A DNA stretch of 64,000 bases from Bacillota bacterium (lineage in GTDB: Bacteria > Bacillota > Limnochordia > Darwinibacteriales > Darwinibacteriaceae): NCBI GenBank assembly GCA_012521335.1, contig JAAYMM010000038.1, forward strand, positions 4,051 through 68,050, read 5' to 3'. The notes beneath the pieces were generated by a model that searched no databases, was not told the origin of the DNA, and saw only the letters and a list, made by a program, of their open reading frames with translations. Of the stretch, positions 1-10,529 are shown piece by piece. The number at the start of each line of letters is the position of its first letter. Positions within the stretch are counted from its first letter, which is position 1. The position numbers and the translations under genes are program-made.

Positions 1-2
1 AC

Positions 3-584
3 GTGGACCTGCTCTCCATCTCCGCCCACAAGTTCTATGGGCCCAAAGGGGTGGGGGCACTGTATGTGCGCAAGGGCGTACGGCTCAACCCCCTGATTCA
101 CGGCGGCGGCCAGGAGAAAAGGCGCCGGGCCGGCACAGAGAATGTCGCGGGAATCGTAGGCTTGGCCAAAGCCTTTGCCCTGGCCCAAAGCGAGCGCGCT
201 GAGGAGAATGCCCGTTTGACTAAGCTGCGGGACCGGTTGATCGACGGGCTGAGCAGGATTCCCCATACCAGGATCAACGGCCATTTGGAGCAGCGGTTGC
301 CCAACAACGTGAACGTGTGCTTTGAGTTCATCGAAGGGGAGTCTATGCTGCTCAACCTCGATCTGCGCGGCATAGCAGCCTCTAGCGGATCGGCGTGCAC
401 ATCGGGTTCCCTGGATCCTTCGCACGTTCTTCTGGCCATGGGGCTGCCCCATGAAATAGCCCATGGTTCTCTGCGTTTGACTTTAGGGCGGGAGAACACA
501 GAGGAAGATGTTGACTTTGTGCTGCAGGAACTACCGGGTATAGTGGAGCGGCTGCGCGCTATGTCCCCGCTGTATAAAGGATAG
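3..584 (+). CDS. iscS: cysteine desulfurase, C-terminal fragment (gene starts upstream of window)
   Basis: Translation ([19 protein letters not shown]...SGSACTSGS) matches the NifS/IscS C-terminal region including the active-site Cys loop; followed by iscU. Confidence 0.85.
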   Translation: MDLLSISAHKFYGPKGVGALYVRKGVRLNPLIHGGGQEKRRRAGTENVAGIVGLAKAFALAQSERAEENARLTKLRDRLIDGLSRIPHTRINGHLEQRLPNNVNVCFEFIEGESMLLNLDLRGIAASSGSACTSGSLDPSHVLLAMGLPHEIAHGSLRLTLGRENTEEDVDFVLQELPGIVERLRAMSPLYKG

Positions 585-594
585 GAGGAAGATC

Positions 595-972
595 ATGTAT
601 TCGGATAAGGTCATGGACCACTTCACCAATCCGCGCAATGTGGGCGAGATCCCCGATGCCGACGGGGTTGGCGAAGTCGGCAACGCACGCTGCGGCGACA
701 TTATGAAGATGTGGATCAAGGTGGAAAACAACGTCATAACCGATATTAAGTTCAAAACCTTTGGCTGCGGTGCTGCCATTGCCACTTCCAGCATGATCAC
801 AGAGCTGGCCATTGGCAAGACGGTTGAGGAAGCGGAGCAGATCACCAACCAGCAGGTGGCAGATGCCCTGGAAGGGCTGCCTCCTCTGAAGATGCACTGT
901 TCCAACTTGGCGGCAGAAGCTTTAGGCGCGGCCATTGCCGATTACAGAAAGAAGACAGCCACCACCGCCTAG
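595..972 (+). CDS. iscU: Fe-S cluster assembly scaffold protein IscU/NifU
   Basis: 125 aa; conserved Cys motifs (GNARCGD, FGCGAAIA, HCSNLA); AGGAGG RBS 6 nt upstream. Confidence 0.9.
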   Translation: MYSDKVMDHFTNPRNVGEIPDADGVGEVGNARCGDIMKMWIKVENNVITDIKFKTFGCGAAIATSSMITELAIGKTVEEAEQITNQQVADALEGLPPLKMHCSNLAAEALGAAIADYRKKTATTA

Positions 973-989
973 TGAAGCGCTGGTTTTTG

Positions 990-1028
990 GAACCACTTCC
1001 CAGGAACGGGAGGTGGTTCTTCTTTTGG
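990..1028 (+). terminator. rho-independent terminator after iscU
   Basis: GAACCACTTCCC...GGGAGGTGGTTC 12-bp stem followed by TTCTTTTGG. Confidence 0.6.
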
Positions 1029-1139
1029 CGGTCGCCTGGTCTGCTGGACGGGCGAGAGGAAGTTTTGGGCTAAATGCAGAATGAGTTAAAAAAACTAGAC
1101 GCTGGTTGTGGGCAGGATAGCAAACTCCAGGGGGGCACT

Positions 1140-2417
1140 ATGCGCGTTGAAGAGAGAGTGTACAAAAACTTTCTAGCCATCCTAAAAGAAGAGTTGGTGC
1201 TAGCGGTGGGCTGTACGGAACCCGCCTGTTTGGCCTTGGCGGGAGCTAGGCTGAGGGAAGTGCTGGGCCGGGTCCCGCAGCGGATCACGATCAAGCTGAG
1301 CGCCAACCTGATCAAGAACACCAAGTCCGTGCTGATTCCCTATTCCAATGGTCTCAAAGGGATGCGGGAAGCGGTGTGGCTGGGCATTTTCGGCGGAGAG
1401 AGCCGGCTTGGGCTGGCCGCGCTCAGTGCGGTGCCGCCGGAGGCCGTTGAGCGTGTCAAAGCAGTGATGGACCTGCCCGAGAGAACCAAGGTTGAGTTGT
1501 TGGACAGCCCGGCCAAACTCCACCTCATAGTGGAGGGCAGCTGCGGCGCCGACTGCGCTCTTGTGGAGATCCGGGATGCCCACTCCAACTTTGTTCGTCT
1601 GGAGCGCAATGGCGAAGTGCTCCTCGCCCAGGCAGAGTGTGGAGGGGACGGCCCGGCCCCGACTGACCGCTCTAGTTTGAGCGTTCAGGCGATTGTGGCT
1701 TTTGCCGATCAGGTCAACCTGGAGGATGTTGAACCCATTTTGCGCCCCCAGATCGAACACAACTCAGCCATCGCTCAAGCAGGCCTGGCCGGTAAGTACG
1801 GGGCTGGAGTGGGCCGGAGCCTTCTGGAGCATTGCGGGGAGTCCGTGGGCAACCTAGCCAGGGCTCAGGCCGCGGCAGCCTCCGATGCCCGTATGGGGGG
1901 AGCGGATCTGCCCGTGGTGATCAACTCAGGCAGCGGTAACCAGGGGATTGCCGCTTCCATCCCGGTAATCGTCTATGCCCGCCATTTAGGCTTGCCCGAA
2001 GAGAGGCTGCTGAGGGCTTTGTGCGTGAGCAACCTGGTGGCCATCCATCAGAAGACAGGCATAGGGCGCCTTTCTGCGTACTGTGGAGCAGTGAGCGCGG
2101 CTTGCGGCGCCGGGGCAGGGATTGCTTACCTGTTAGGAGGAAACCTGGAACAGATCAGCACCACCATCACCAACACCTTGGCCAATGTGGCCGGCATCAT
2201 CTGCGATGGAGCCAAAGCATCTTGCGCTGCCAAGATCGCCAGCTCTGTGGATGCTGCTGTGTTAGCGCTAAACCTTTCCTTTCAGGCCACTGCTTTTCCC
2301 CCCGGTGATGGTATTGTCCAGTCCAGCGTGGAAGAGACCATTGACGTGGTGAGGGATATCGCGGCCCAAGGCATGCGCCAGACCGATCTCACAGTGCTCA
2401 AGCATATGATCCGCTAA
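1140..2417 (+). CDS. UPF0597 / L-cysteine desulfidase-like (serine dehydratase-like YhaM family) protein
   Basis: VGCTEPA motif near N-terminus and glycine-rich C-terminal half typical of the family; ATG 1140 has a GGGGGG RBS (ORF track start 1074 lacks one). Confidence 0.7.
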   Translation: MRVEERVYKNFLAILKEELVLAVGCTEPACLALAGARLREVLGRVPQRITIKLSANLIKNTKSVLIPYSNGLKGMREAVWLGIFGGESRLGLAALSAVPPEAVERVKAVMDLPERTKVELLDSPAKLHLIVEGSCGADCALVEIRDAHSNFVRLERNGEVLLAQAECGGDGPAPTDRSSLSVQAIVAFADQVNLEDVEPILRPQIEHNSAIAQAGLAGKYGAGVGRSLLEHCGESVGNLARAQAAAASDARMGGADLPVVINSGSGNQGIAASIPVIVYARHLGLPEERLLRALCVSNLVAIHQKTGIGRLSAYCGAVSAACGAGAGIAYLLGGNLEQISTTITNTLANVAGIICDGAKASCAAKIASSVDAAVLALNLSFQATAFPPGDGIVQSSVEETIDVVRDIAAQGMRQTDLTVLKHMIR

Positions 2418-2432
2418 AGGAGGAGTGACAGC

Positions 2433-2461
2433 GGCACCGGGACGACGGCCCGGTGTTTTTT
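2433..2461 (+). terminator. rho-independent terminator
   Basis: CACCGGG-acgacgg-CCCGGTG stem then TTTTTT. Confidence 0.7.
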
Positions 2462-2501
2462 CGCGCGATTTGGGAAAACTAGCGGTAGAACTCCAAACGA
2501 G

Positions 2502-2687
2502 GTGATGGATGTGGCCAACGGTCGCAACATGCTGCTTATGGGCCTAGCCGGCCTTGCTGTGGGTATCTATGTGGGCAATACCATGTCCAAAGGTTACGTA
2601 ACCAAGCAGCTGCGGTCCACAGGGCGGGTCCTGCTGCGCAAGGCCCGGGGTACCGTGGAGCAGCAGATGAACAACTGGATGGATTGA
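2502..2687 (+). CDS. small single-TM membrane protein (hypothetical)
   Basis: 61-aa ORF with a hydrophobic helix (LLMGLAGLAVGIYVG), GAGGTG RBS, stop overlaps next gene start. Confidence 0.45.
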   Translation: MMDVANGRNMLLMGLAGLAVGIYVGNTMSKGYVTKQLRSTGRVLLRKARGTVEQQMNNWMD

Positions 2688-3709
2688 GGCCTGTGTCCAG
2701 GCGCGCCTGGTGGGCCCTGGTCTGCCTGGGTCTGCTCCTCTTCTTGTATCGGGTCAGAACTGTACTGACCCCTTTCTTATTCGCGGTCCTGATTGCCTAT
2801 ATCCTCTATCCGCTGGTGGTGGCGGTGGAGAACCGGGGTGCGTCCAGGGTGGTGGCCATTTTTGTGGTCTACGCCCTGTTTGGTGTGGGTCTGGGGGTTG
2901 TCTTTTGGCTCACCCTGCCCAATCTCTTGGGGGAGTTGGAGGACATGGCCCGCAAGCTCCCCCGCCAGGCGGTACACCTGGAAGAGCTGGGGCACGATGC
3001 CGTGGGCCTGTTTCGCCGCATTGAGCTGCCCGATACTTTCCAAGAAGCGGTAGATGGCCTCCTGGCCAAAGCCCAGGAGGCCTTGGAGCGGCTGGCCGGG
3101 AAACTCATGCAGGCCCTCATGGATCTGTTCACCAACATCATCGCTCTGTTGATCGCCCCGATTCTGGCGTTTTACTTCCTGCGCGACCATCAGGCCATGC
3201 GGGAGCGCGCTCTGCGCTACGTACCCGCACGCTACCGCGGTGATGCCCAGTACATCCTGCGCGAGGTGAACACTGCCCTTAACGGCTTCTTCCGGGGGCA
3301 GCTGTGGATCTGCCTCTTTGTGGGGCTCTTTATCTACGGCGGACTGTTTCTACTGAAGATACCCTATGCCCTGTTTATCGCGCTGTTGGCTGGTTTGTTT
3401 GATATTATCCCTTACTTCGGGCCGGTTTTGGGCTTTCTGCCCGCGGCAGCGCTGGCCCTCTCCAAGTCACCCATGACGGTGCTGTGGGTGCTTTTGCTTT
3501 TCGCTGCTGCCAACCAGATCGAAAACAGCTTGATTTCACCCTGGTTAATCGGAGAAAGGGTGGGCCTGCACCCCTTAGCGGTCATTTTTGCGGTTCTAGT
3601 AGGAGGGTACCTTTTGGGCATTTTGGGCCTCTTAGTTGCGGTTCCCGCCGCGGCCATCGTCCGCGTCCTCCTGGATTTCTTCCTCTTACGACGCTCGCAG
3701 CCTGAATGA
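2684..3709 (+). CDS. AI-2E family transporter (UPF0118/PerM-like permease)
   Basis: 341 aa, about 8 predicted TM helices, typical AI-2E family length and topology; TTG/GTG start overlapping upstream stop. Confidence 0.8.
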   Translation: MRPVSRRAWWALVCLGLLLFLYRVRTVLTPFLFAVLIAYILYPLVVAVENRGASRVVAIFVVYALFGVGLGVVFWLTLPNLLGELEDMARKLPRQAVHLEELGHDAVGLFRRIELPDTFQEAVDGLLAKAQEALERLAGKLMQALMDLFTNIIALLIAPILAFYFLRDHQAMRERALRYVPARYRGDAQYILREVNTALNGFFRGQLWICLFVGLFIYGGLFLLKIPYALFIALLAGLFDIIPYFGPVLGFLPAAALALSKSPMTVLWVLLLFAAANQIENSLISPWLIGERVGLHPLAVIFAVLVGGYLLGILGLLVAVPAAAIVRVLLDFFLLRRSQPE

Positions 3710-3728
3710 CGGTGACGCACCCAGACGG

Positions 3729-3756
3729 CAGGGCAGCTCAGCTGGCCCTTTTTTTC
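3729..3756 (+). terminator. rho-independent terminator
   Basis: GGGCAGCTCAGCTGGCCC hairpin followed by TTTTTTT. Confidence 0.65.
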
Positions 3757-3800
3757 TATGCAGGCGCCGCAGGGGAGGCCCAGGCGGGGCACGCTACAAG

Positions 3801-3829
3801 TTGACAAGGTAACCGCACTTGGATAATAT
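3801..3829 (+). promoter_or_regulatory. sigma-A type promoter for alaS
   Basis: TTGACA (3801-3806), 17-nt spacer, TAATAT (3824-3829). Confidence 0.6.
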
Positions 3830-3891
3830 TGTCTTAGCGAAGAAAGCGTGTTTGGTTTAGAAATGGGGGGAACCGCATCTCGCGGCACGTT

Positions 3892-6540
3892 ATGAAGAGC
3901 TATACAGTAAATCAAATCCGGACCATGTTTTTGGAGTTTTTCCAGAGCAAAGATCACCGCATCTTGCCCAGTGCTTCCTTGATTCCCCACGGGGATCCCA
4001 CCCTGCTGCTCACTGTGGCTGGCATGGTGCCGTTCAAGCGGTATTTTCTTGGCTTGGAAAAACCCGTTTCGCCACGCATTGCCACAAGCCAGAAGTGCAT
4101 CCGCACCGGTGATATAGACAGTGTGGGCAAGACGGACCGTCATGCCACTTTTTTTGAGATGCTGGGGAACTTCTCCTTCGGCGATTATTTTAAGAAAGAA
4201 GTGATCCCCTGGGCCTGGGAGTTTGTCACTCAGCACCTGGAACTGCCTCCCGACCGGCTCTGGGTTTCGATCTATTTAGATGATGATGAAGCCTTCGAGA
4301 TCTGGCACAACGTTGTTGGCCTGCCGGCGGAACGCATCATACGTCTAGGTAAGGAAGACAACTTCTGGGAAACAGGTTCCGGCCCCTGCGGCCCCTGCTC
4401 GGAGATCTACCTCGATCGCGGGCCCGAGTTCGGCTGCGGCGAACCCACCTGCCGGCCAGGCTGTGACTGCGAGCGCTTCCTGGAGTTCTGGAATCTAGTG
4501 TTCATTCAGTTCCACCAGGATGGGGATACCTATACTCCGCTCAAGGACAAGAGCATCGACACTGGCATGGGCTTGGAGCGCGTGGCCGCGTTGCTGCAGG
4601 GGAAGACCAGCATTTTCGAAGTGGACCATATCAAGCCCATCGTGGATGCCGTAGGTGCCCTCGCGGGCGTCTCCTACGGGGCCGGCCCCGAAACGGATAT
4701 GTCCCTGCGGGTCATTGTGGACCATCTGCGGGCGGTTACTTTCCTGGTGGCCGACGGCGTTCTGCCCAGCAATGAAGGGCGCGGCTATGTTCTCAGGCGT
4801 CTGCTGCGCAGGGCTGTGCGTCATGCGCGCCTTCTGCACATTGCAGGGCCCTTTGCCGAACGGGTGGTAGACCTAGTGGTTGAGCAGATGAAGGGAGCCT
4901 ACCCGGAACTGGTAGAGCGCCAGGAATACGTGAAGAATGTTGTGCGGCTGGAGGAAGAGCGTTTCAGTGCCACTTTGGAACAGGGGCTCAGGCTTCTCCA
5001 AGAGCTGGTCGAAGAGGCTCGCAAGTCTGGAGCGACCGTGATCTCAGGGGCGGACGCCTTCCAGCTGTATGATACCTTCGGGTTTCCCATTGACCTAACT
5101 AGAGAGATTCTGGCCCAAGATGGCTTAACTGTAGATGAAGCAGGCTTCAAGGCTGCCATGGAGGCTCAAAGGGAGCGGGCGCGCAAGTCCCGCACAGCCC
5201 ACGGTTATCTAGACAGCCGCTTAGATGCGTATAAGGAACTGGCGGGGGCTGTGACCACCGAGTTTGTAGGTTACGAATGCTTTGACGCCAAGGCCAAGGT
5301 TGTTGGTTTGATTGTGGACGGCCACAGCGTGGACAGCGCCAAACAAGGCGAGCAGGTGGCTGTGGTGCTCGACCGCACTCCGTTCTACGCCGAAGGCGGC
5401 GGCCAGGTGGGCGACCAGGGGTTGATCACCACGGATACTGGTGTAGTGCGCGTGGAGGACGTGCGCAAACCAGTGGAGGGCCTAGTCAGCCATTTGGGAG
5501 TTGTGGAACAAGGCTATGTGAGTGTGGGCAGCCCAGCCCAGGCCTCCATCGCCGACGAGCTGCGGCGGGAGACAGCGCGCCATCACACGGCGACGCACCT
5601 GCTGCACAAAGCTCTCAAAGATATCCTGGGCGAGCACGTGAACCAAGCTGGCTCCTACGTGGGGCCCCAGCGGCTGCGCTTTGACTTCACGCACTTCCAG
5701 GCCGTTACGGCAGAGGAACTGAGGAAGATCGAGCAGGAAGTGAACAGGCAGATCCTGCGCAACCTGCCGGTAGTCCCGGCCATCACTGATTTGGAGACGG
5801 CCAAGGAAAAGGGAGCAGTCGCGCTCTTCGGGGAGAAGTACGGCGATGAGGTGCGTATGATCCAGGTGGGCGACTATTCTCTGGAACTGTGCGGTGGTAC
5901 GCACGTGCAGGCGACCGGTGAGATTGGCGTGTTCAAGATCCTCTCCGAGGGCAGCGTAGCTGCGGGAGTGCGCCGTATAGAAGCTGTGGTAGGTTCAGAG
6001 GCTCTGGCCTACATCCATGCGCAAGAAGACGTGCTGCAGCAGCTCCAGGCCAAACTGCAGAGCAAGGCGGAGCAGCTGCCCGAGCAGGTGGAACGGCTGC
6101 TAGAGACTAACCGTGCCCTGGAGAAGGAGCTGGCCGAGCTTAAGAAGCAGAACCTGCTCGGCTCGCTGGATGCCCTTCTGAGCAGTGCAGAAAAGGTAGG
6201 CCAAGCTTCACTGGTAGTGGCTGAGGTCGCGGCCGAGGATCCTGAGGAGCTGCGGGAGCTTGGCGACCGCATCCGTGACCGCCTGAACCCGGTGGCAGTT
6301 CTTCTGGGAGCAAAGAGCGGCGACAAAGTGCTGTTTGTGAGCATGGTGTCCAAACCTTTAGCTCAGGCTGGCGTACATGCGGGCAATGTGGTGAAAAAAG
6401 CCGCTCAGATCTGCGGCGGCGGTGGCGGAGGAAGGCCCGATATGGCCCAAGCTGGCGGACGCCTCCCCGAAAAGCTGGCCGAAGCTTTGGAAGAAAGCCG
6501 CCAGTACTTGCGGCAGCAGTTGGAGGGAATTGTTCTGTAA
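3892..6540 (+). CDS. alaS: alanine--tRNA ligase
   Basis: 882 aa; N-terminal class II catalytic core, editing domain ([14 protein letters not shown]), C-terminal GGGGG motif. Confidence 0.97.
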   Translation: MKSYTVNQIRTMFLEFFQSKDHRILPSASLIPHGDPTLLLTVAGMVPFKRYFLGLEKPVSPRIATSQKCIRTGDIDSVGKTDRHATFFEMLGNFSFGDYFKKEVIPWAWEFVTQHLELPPDRLWVSIYLDDDEAFEIWHNVVGLPAERIIRLGKEDNFWETGSGPCGPCSEIYLDRGPEFGCGEPTCRPGCDCERFLEFWNLVFIQFHQDGDTYTPLKDKSIDTGMGLERVAALLQGKTSIFEVDHIKPIVDAVGALAGVSYGAGPETDMSLRVIVDHLRAVTFLVADGVLPSNEGRGYVLRRLLRRAVRHARLLHIAGPFAERVVDLVVEQMKGAYPELVERQEYVKNVVRLEEERFSATLEQGLRLLQELVEEARKSGATVISGADAFQLYDTFGFPIDLTREILAQDGLTVDEAGFKAAMEAQRERARKSRTAHGYLDSRLDAYKELAGAVTTEFVGYECFDAKAKVVGLIVDGHSVDSAKQGEQVAVVLDRTPFYAEGGGQVGDQGLITTDTGVVRVEDVRKPVEGLVSHLGVVEQGYVSVGSPAQASIADELRRETARHHTATHLLHKALKDILGEHVNQAGSYVGPQRLRFDFTHFQAVTAEELRKIEQEVNRQILRNLPVVPAITDLETAKEKGAVALFGEKYGDEVRMIQVGDYSLELCGGTHVQATGEIGVFKILSEGSVAAGVRRIEAVVGSEALAYIHAQEDVLQQLQAKLQSKAEQLPEQVERLLETNRALEKELAELKKQNLLGSLDALLSSAEKVGQASLVVAEVAAEDPEELRELGDRIRDRLNPVAVLLGAKSGDKVLFVSMVSKPLAQAGVHAGNVVKKAAQICGGGGGGRPDMAQAGGRLPEKLAEALEESRQYLRQQLEGIVL

Positions 6541-6583
6541 ATACAGAATAAGGATAAAGAAAACAGTGCAGGGGAGGGATACC

Positions 6584-6847
6584 ATGAACGATGCCCACGA
6601 CAAGACAGCGCTGTTTAGCTACAGGGCCCTGGAAGAGGATACTTCGGAAGTGAGAACCGTTCTGCAGCAGGTGTACGAGGCACTGCAGGACAAGGGCTAC
6701 AATCCTTTCGGTCAGATTGTGGGCTACTTGATGTCGGGGGACCCAACGTTCATCACCAGCCATCGGAATGCCCGCGCCCTCATTTCACAGCTGGACAGGG
6801 ATGTGATCTTGGAGGAACTGGTCAAACACTATCTCAAAAAGGGCTGA
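6584..6847 (+). CDS. ireB: UPF0297 protein IreB/YrzL
   Basis: 87 aa, conserved position directly after alaS as in Bacillus (alaS-yrzL-yrrK-yrzB-yrrL); GGGGAGGG RBS. Confidence 0.8.
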   Translation: MNDAHDKTALFSYRALEEDTSEVRTVLQQVYEALQDKGYNPFGQIVGYLMSGDPTFITSHRNARALISQLDRDVILEELVKHYLKKG

Positions 6848-6899
6848 CCGATGATTCGCCCCTTACTCTCTGGTTTCTGACACGGCAAAGGAGTGTTTT

Positions 6900-7742
6900 G
6901 TGTTGACACGGATTAGTGCGGATAGTACTTGTGATCTTTCCCCGGATTTAGTGCACAGTTTAGGCATCAGCATTACTCCCTTAAGTATCACCGTGGATGA
7001 TGAGGTTTATAAAGACGGTGTCAACTTCACCCCTGCAGAGCTCATAGCCCACGTGGAGGCGGGCAGGCACTGCCAAACTGGGGCAGTCAACGTATACGAG
7101 TATCAGGAGCATTTTCAAAAGCTCACGGCTCAAGGGGATGAAGTGGTTCACATCAGCTTAGGTTCTGGTTTTTCTTCCTGTTATAATAACGCCTTACTAG
7201 CCGCCCGGGATTTCCCCGGTGTCAAGGTGGTAGACTCCAAGAACTTGTCCACCGGCAGCGGACACTTGGTGTATGAAGCAGCGCTCCTGGCCCAAGAGGG
7301 CAAATCGGCCGCCGAGATCGCTGCGGAGCTGGAGCGGCTGGTTCCCAGGGTCGATGCCAGTTTTATCATCGATCAGCTGGATTATCTGGCCAGGGGTGGC
7401 CGGTGTTCGGCCATCACCGCCCAGGGGGCGAAAATCCTGCGCCTGAAACCCAGCATCGAGGTGCGGGATGGAGCCATGATCGTGGGACGCAAGTACAGGG
7501 GCAACTTCGATAAAGCTGTGCGGCTTTATGTACAGGATCGCCTGGAGCAAAACGGCCAGCTGGACCCCTGCCGGGCGTTTATCACCCATGTGGCTTGCAG
7601 TGACGAGGTGCTGAATATGGTTCGTTCGCTCCTTGAGGCAAGGAACTACTTCAAGGAAATCATCATCACCGAAGCTGGATGCACCATTACCAACCATTGT
7701 GGCCCCAACACATTAGGAGTCCTGTTTAGACGTCTGAGCTGA
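6900..7742 (+). CDS. DegV family fatty-acid-binding protein
   Basis: 280 aa; DegV/DAK2-like fold signature (ISADSTCDLS...GSGFSSCYNNAL). Confidence 0.85.
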   Translation: MLTRISADSTCDLSPDLVHSLGISITPLSITVDDEVYKDGVNFTPAELIAHVEAGRHCQTGAVNVYEYQEHFQKLTAQGDEVVHISLGSGFSSCYNNALLAARDFPGVKVVDSKNLSTGSGHLVYEAALLAQEGKSAAEIAAELERLVPRVDASFIIDQLDYLARGGRCSAITAQGAKILRLKPSIEVRDGAMIVGRKYRGNFDKAVRLYVQDRLEQNGQLDPCRAFITHVACSDEVLNMVRSLLEARNYFKEIIITEAGCTITNHCGPNTLGVLFRRLS

Positions 7743-7753
7743 GGAGATCATCA

Positions 7754-8698
7754 TTGAGGTACCAAGAACTCGGCCGCACCGGCCTCTATGTTTCCAGACT
7801 ATGCTTCGGCGCCCTGACCATTGGTCCTCTCCAGCGCAACCTGGCACCTGCTGAGGGAAGCGCGGTGCTGTTGAGGGCCTTGGAGCTGGGCGTCAATTTT
7901 GTGGACACCGCGGAGATGTATGACACCTACGAGCACATCCGTCTCGCCCTGGAGCGCTTTCCTGCCCGAGACCAGGTGGTGGTGGCCACCAAGAGCTATG
8001 CCTTCACCCGAGAGGGTATGCTGCAGAGCCTGGAACGGGCTCAGCAAGGGCTTGGTCAGGAGCGCATCCCCGTTTTCCTCCTGCACGAACAGGAGTCCAG
8101 CCATACCCTGCGGGGGCACTGGCCCGCTTTGGAAGTTCTCCTGGAAGCCAAAAAAGCAGGCGTTGTGCAGGCAGTGGGCATTTCCACCCACTACGTTCAG
8201 GCAGTTATGGCGGCAACGGCGGTCCCAGAAATCGATGTGATCTCGCCCTTGATTAACATGACAGGGATCGGTATCCAAGGCGGCAGCAGGGAAGATATGC
8301 TGGCCGCCATCGCCAAGGCAGCCCAGGCGGGCAAGGGGATCTATGCCATGAAGCCGTTGGGCGGCGGCCATCTGCTGGGTAATTGGGCTCAGGCCTTGGA
8401 CTACCTCCTGGAGATGGAGGACATCCACTCCATAGCCGTAGGCATGAAGAGCATCGCAGAAGTTGAGCACAACGTAGCTTTCTTCCAGGGGCGACGAGAT
8501 CTGCCTCGGCCCGAGGCTTCCACCAGACGGCTGCATATCGATGACTGGTGCACGGGCTGCGGCGCCTGCGTGGCCGCCTGCCCCAACGGCACCTTGGAAC
8601 TGCGCGGGGGGAAAGCAGCGATCACCATGGAAGGTCAGTGCGTGTACTGCGGTTACTGCGGAGCCAGTTGTCCGGAGTTTGCCATCAAAGTGATCTGA
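7754..8698 (+). CDS. aldo/keto reductase fused to C-terminal 2x[4Fe-4S] ferredoxin domain
   Basis: N-terminal AKR motifs (GxxFxDTAxxY), C-terminal CTGCGACVAACP and CVYCGYCGASCP cysteine clusters. Confidence 0.8.
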   Translation: MRYQELGRTGLYVSRLCFGALTIGPLQRNLAPAEGSAVLLRALELGVNFVDTAEMYDTYEHIRLALERFPARDQVVVATKSYAFTREGMLQSLERAQQGLGQERIPVFLLHEQESSHTLRGHWPALEVLLEAKKAGVVQAVGISTHYVQAVMAATAVPEIDVISPLINMTGIGIQGGSREDMLAAIAKAAQAGKGIYAMKPLGGGHLLGNWAQALDYLLEMEDIHSIAVGMKSIAEVEHNVAFFQGRRDLPRPEASTRRLHIDDWCTGCGACVAACPNGTLELRGGKAAITMEGQCVYCGYCGASCPEFAIKVI

Positions 8699-8710
8699 GG
8701 GAGTGGAGCC

Positions 8711-9127
8711 ATGCGGATACTAGGCTTAGACCTGGGCGAAAAGACGATTGGGGTCGCGGTGAGTGATCCCCTGGGCTGGACTGCCCAGGCGGTAGATGTG
8801 ATCAGGCGCACCACCTTGGAGGACGATCTGGCTGCTCTGCGCGCTTTTGTCGACCAGTACAGTGCGGAGAAATTTGTGCTGGGGCTGCCCCGCAGGACGG
8901 ATGGGAGCTACGGCCCAGAGGTGGAGAAAATATACGCGTTTGCCGCGGAATTGAAAAGGGAATTCGACCTCCCAGTAGAATATTGGGATGAACGGTTCTC
9001 TACCGCGGCCGCCCAGCGGATCCTGTTAGAGGGAGATGTGAGCCGAGCGAAGCGCCGTAAAGTGATCGACAAGGTCGCGGCCGCCGTCATTTTACAGGCA
9101 TATTTAGACAGCAGGCGGTCAAACTAG
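8711..9127 (+). CDS. ruvX: Holliday junction resolvase-like RuvX/YqgF
   Basis: 138 aa, MRILGLDLGEKTIGVAVSD RNase H-fold N-terminus. Confidence 0.9.
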   Translation: MRILGLDLGEKTIGVAVSDPLGWTAQAVDVIRRTTLEDDLAALRAFVDQYSAEKFVLGLPRRTDGSYGPEVEKIYAFAAELKREFDLPVEYWDERFSTAAAQRILLEGDVSRAKRRKVIDKVAAAVILQAYLDSRRSN

Positions 9128-9151
9128 CAAGCAAAGGAAGGAGTTGATCTT

Positions 9152-9439
9152 ATGGCGCACAGACACGGCCACGATGATCACGACCATGAACATGAACATG
9201 AACTGGCGGATGTCATTGTGATTGAAGATGAAGACGGCAACCAGCATGAGTGTGCCATCTATGATTTTGAGTTTGAGGGACGGACTTATGCGGTTTTGTT
9301 CCCGCTGGACGATCCCGACGAGGGCGGACTTGTCTACAGGCTGGAAGTTGACGAAGCTGGTGACGAGGTGCTCATGGACATTGAAGACGACGAAGAGTTT
9401 GAACGGGTGGTGGCGTTTCTAGAATCCGACGAGGAGTAA
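9152..9439 (+). CDS. DUF1292 (YrzB-like) protein
   Basis: 95 aa, acidic, His-rich N-terminus; conserved position between ruvX and mltG. Confidence 0.8.
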   Translation: MAHRHGHDDHDHEHEHELADVIVIEDEDGNQHECAIYDFEFEGRTYAVLFPLDDPDEGGLVYRLEVDEAGDEVLMDIEDDEEFERVVAFLESDEE

Positions 9440-9476
9440 CGCACCAGCCCCAATTGGTGTTGCTGGGGGTGCTTCT

Positions 9477-10517
9477 ATGCCCGATGCTGTGCAAACGACG
9501 TCAAAACGGACCGAAGGCGGCATGGTCCGTTTTCTGTTCTTGTTGATAATCTTGGGCTGCGTAGCTCTGGCCACCTTTTTCGTGGTGAGCAACCAGCCCC
9601 TTACCTCCGAGGAGCATGCCCTGAGCAAAGTGGTGCGTATCGAGCAGGGGATGGGCACGAGGCAGATCGCCCGGCTCCTAGAAAAAGAGGGGATCATCGG
9701 CAGTGCGACGTTGTTTGAGCTCTTGGTAAAGGTGGAACGTGCAGAACATCATCTTCAGGCCGGTGCTTATCTGCTCAGCCCGGCCATGCGTCCGTTGGAG
9801 ATCATCGACCAGATCCGCTCCGGCCGAGTACAGACGGTGCGGGTGGTAATACCTGAAGGCTTTGAGATCAAACAGATCGCCGCTTACTTAGCGGAGAAGG
9901 GCCTTGCCGACAAGGAGCGCTTTATGGAGCTGGCCTTCAATGCCGAGCTGGTCTTCGGTGATGACCTGCCTTTGGATCTACCCATCGCTTCTCTCGAAGG
10001 CTATCTGTTCCCGGACACTTACTACTTCACCGAAGGGCAGACGGAAGAGGAACTGATCGGACAGATGGTGTCCCGCTTCGTCCAGGTGGTGGAAGAGGCG
10101 GTTGTGCCTCTGCTGGAGGAAAGCCAGTTTACCCTGCATGAGGTGGTCACCCTCGCTTCCATTGTGGAGCGGGAGATCATGGTTGATGAAGAGCGGCCCA
10201 TTGTGGCTTCCGTTTATCTCAACCGCCTAGCGGTGGACATGCCGCTCCAGGCCGACCCCACGGTGCGCTACGTTACAGAAGAGGAGCGCCCGGTTGTGCT
10301 CTACCGAGATCTGGAGATCGACTCGCCTTACAACACCTACCGCTACCGGGGCCTTCCTCCGGGGCCCATTGCCAGTCCGGGGCTCGCCTCCATGCTGGCG
10401 GTGTTGAACCCGGCGGAAACCAACTACTACTTCTTTGTGAGCAGGCGCGACGGCACCCATGAGTTTACGGAAACGTACAGCGAGCACCTGCGCGCCCGGA
10501 GGATGTATGGATATTAG
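9477..10517 (+). CDS. mltG: endolytic murein transglycosylase MltG (YceG-like)
   Basis: 346 aa, N-terminal TM anchor then YceG domain; synteny. Confidence 0.9.
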   Translation: MPDAVQTTSKRTEGGMVRFLFLLIILGCVALATFFVVSNQPLTSEEHALSKVVRIEQGMGTRQIARLLEKEGIIGSATLFELLVKVERAEHHLQAGAYLLSPAMRPLEIIDQIRSGRVQTVRVVIPEGFEIKQIAAYLAEKGLADKERFMELAFNAELVFGDDLPLDLPIASLEGYLFPDTYYFTEGQTEEELIGQMVSRFVQVVEEAVVPLLEESQFTLHEVVTLASIVEREIMVDEERPIVASVYLNRLAVDMPLQADPTVRYVTEEERPVVLYRDLEIDSPYNTYRYRGLPPGPIASPGLASMLAVLNPAETNYYFFVSRRDGTHEFTETYSEHLRARRMYGY

Positions 10518-10529
10518 GAGGAGGAGCAA

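Noticed and set aside
3711-3891. Looked for a T-box leader upstream of alaS (present in Bacillus)
   Set aside because: Only about 60 nt separate the predicted promoter from the start codon. No AATTAGGGTGGNACC-type T-box sequence or terminator/antiterminator pair is present, only an upstream terminator for the preceding gene plus a promoter.
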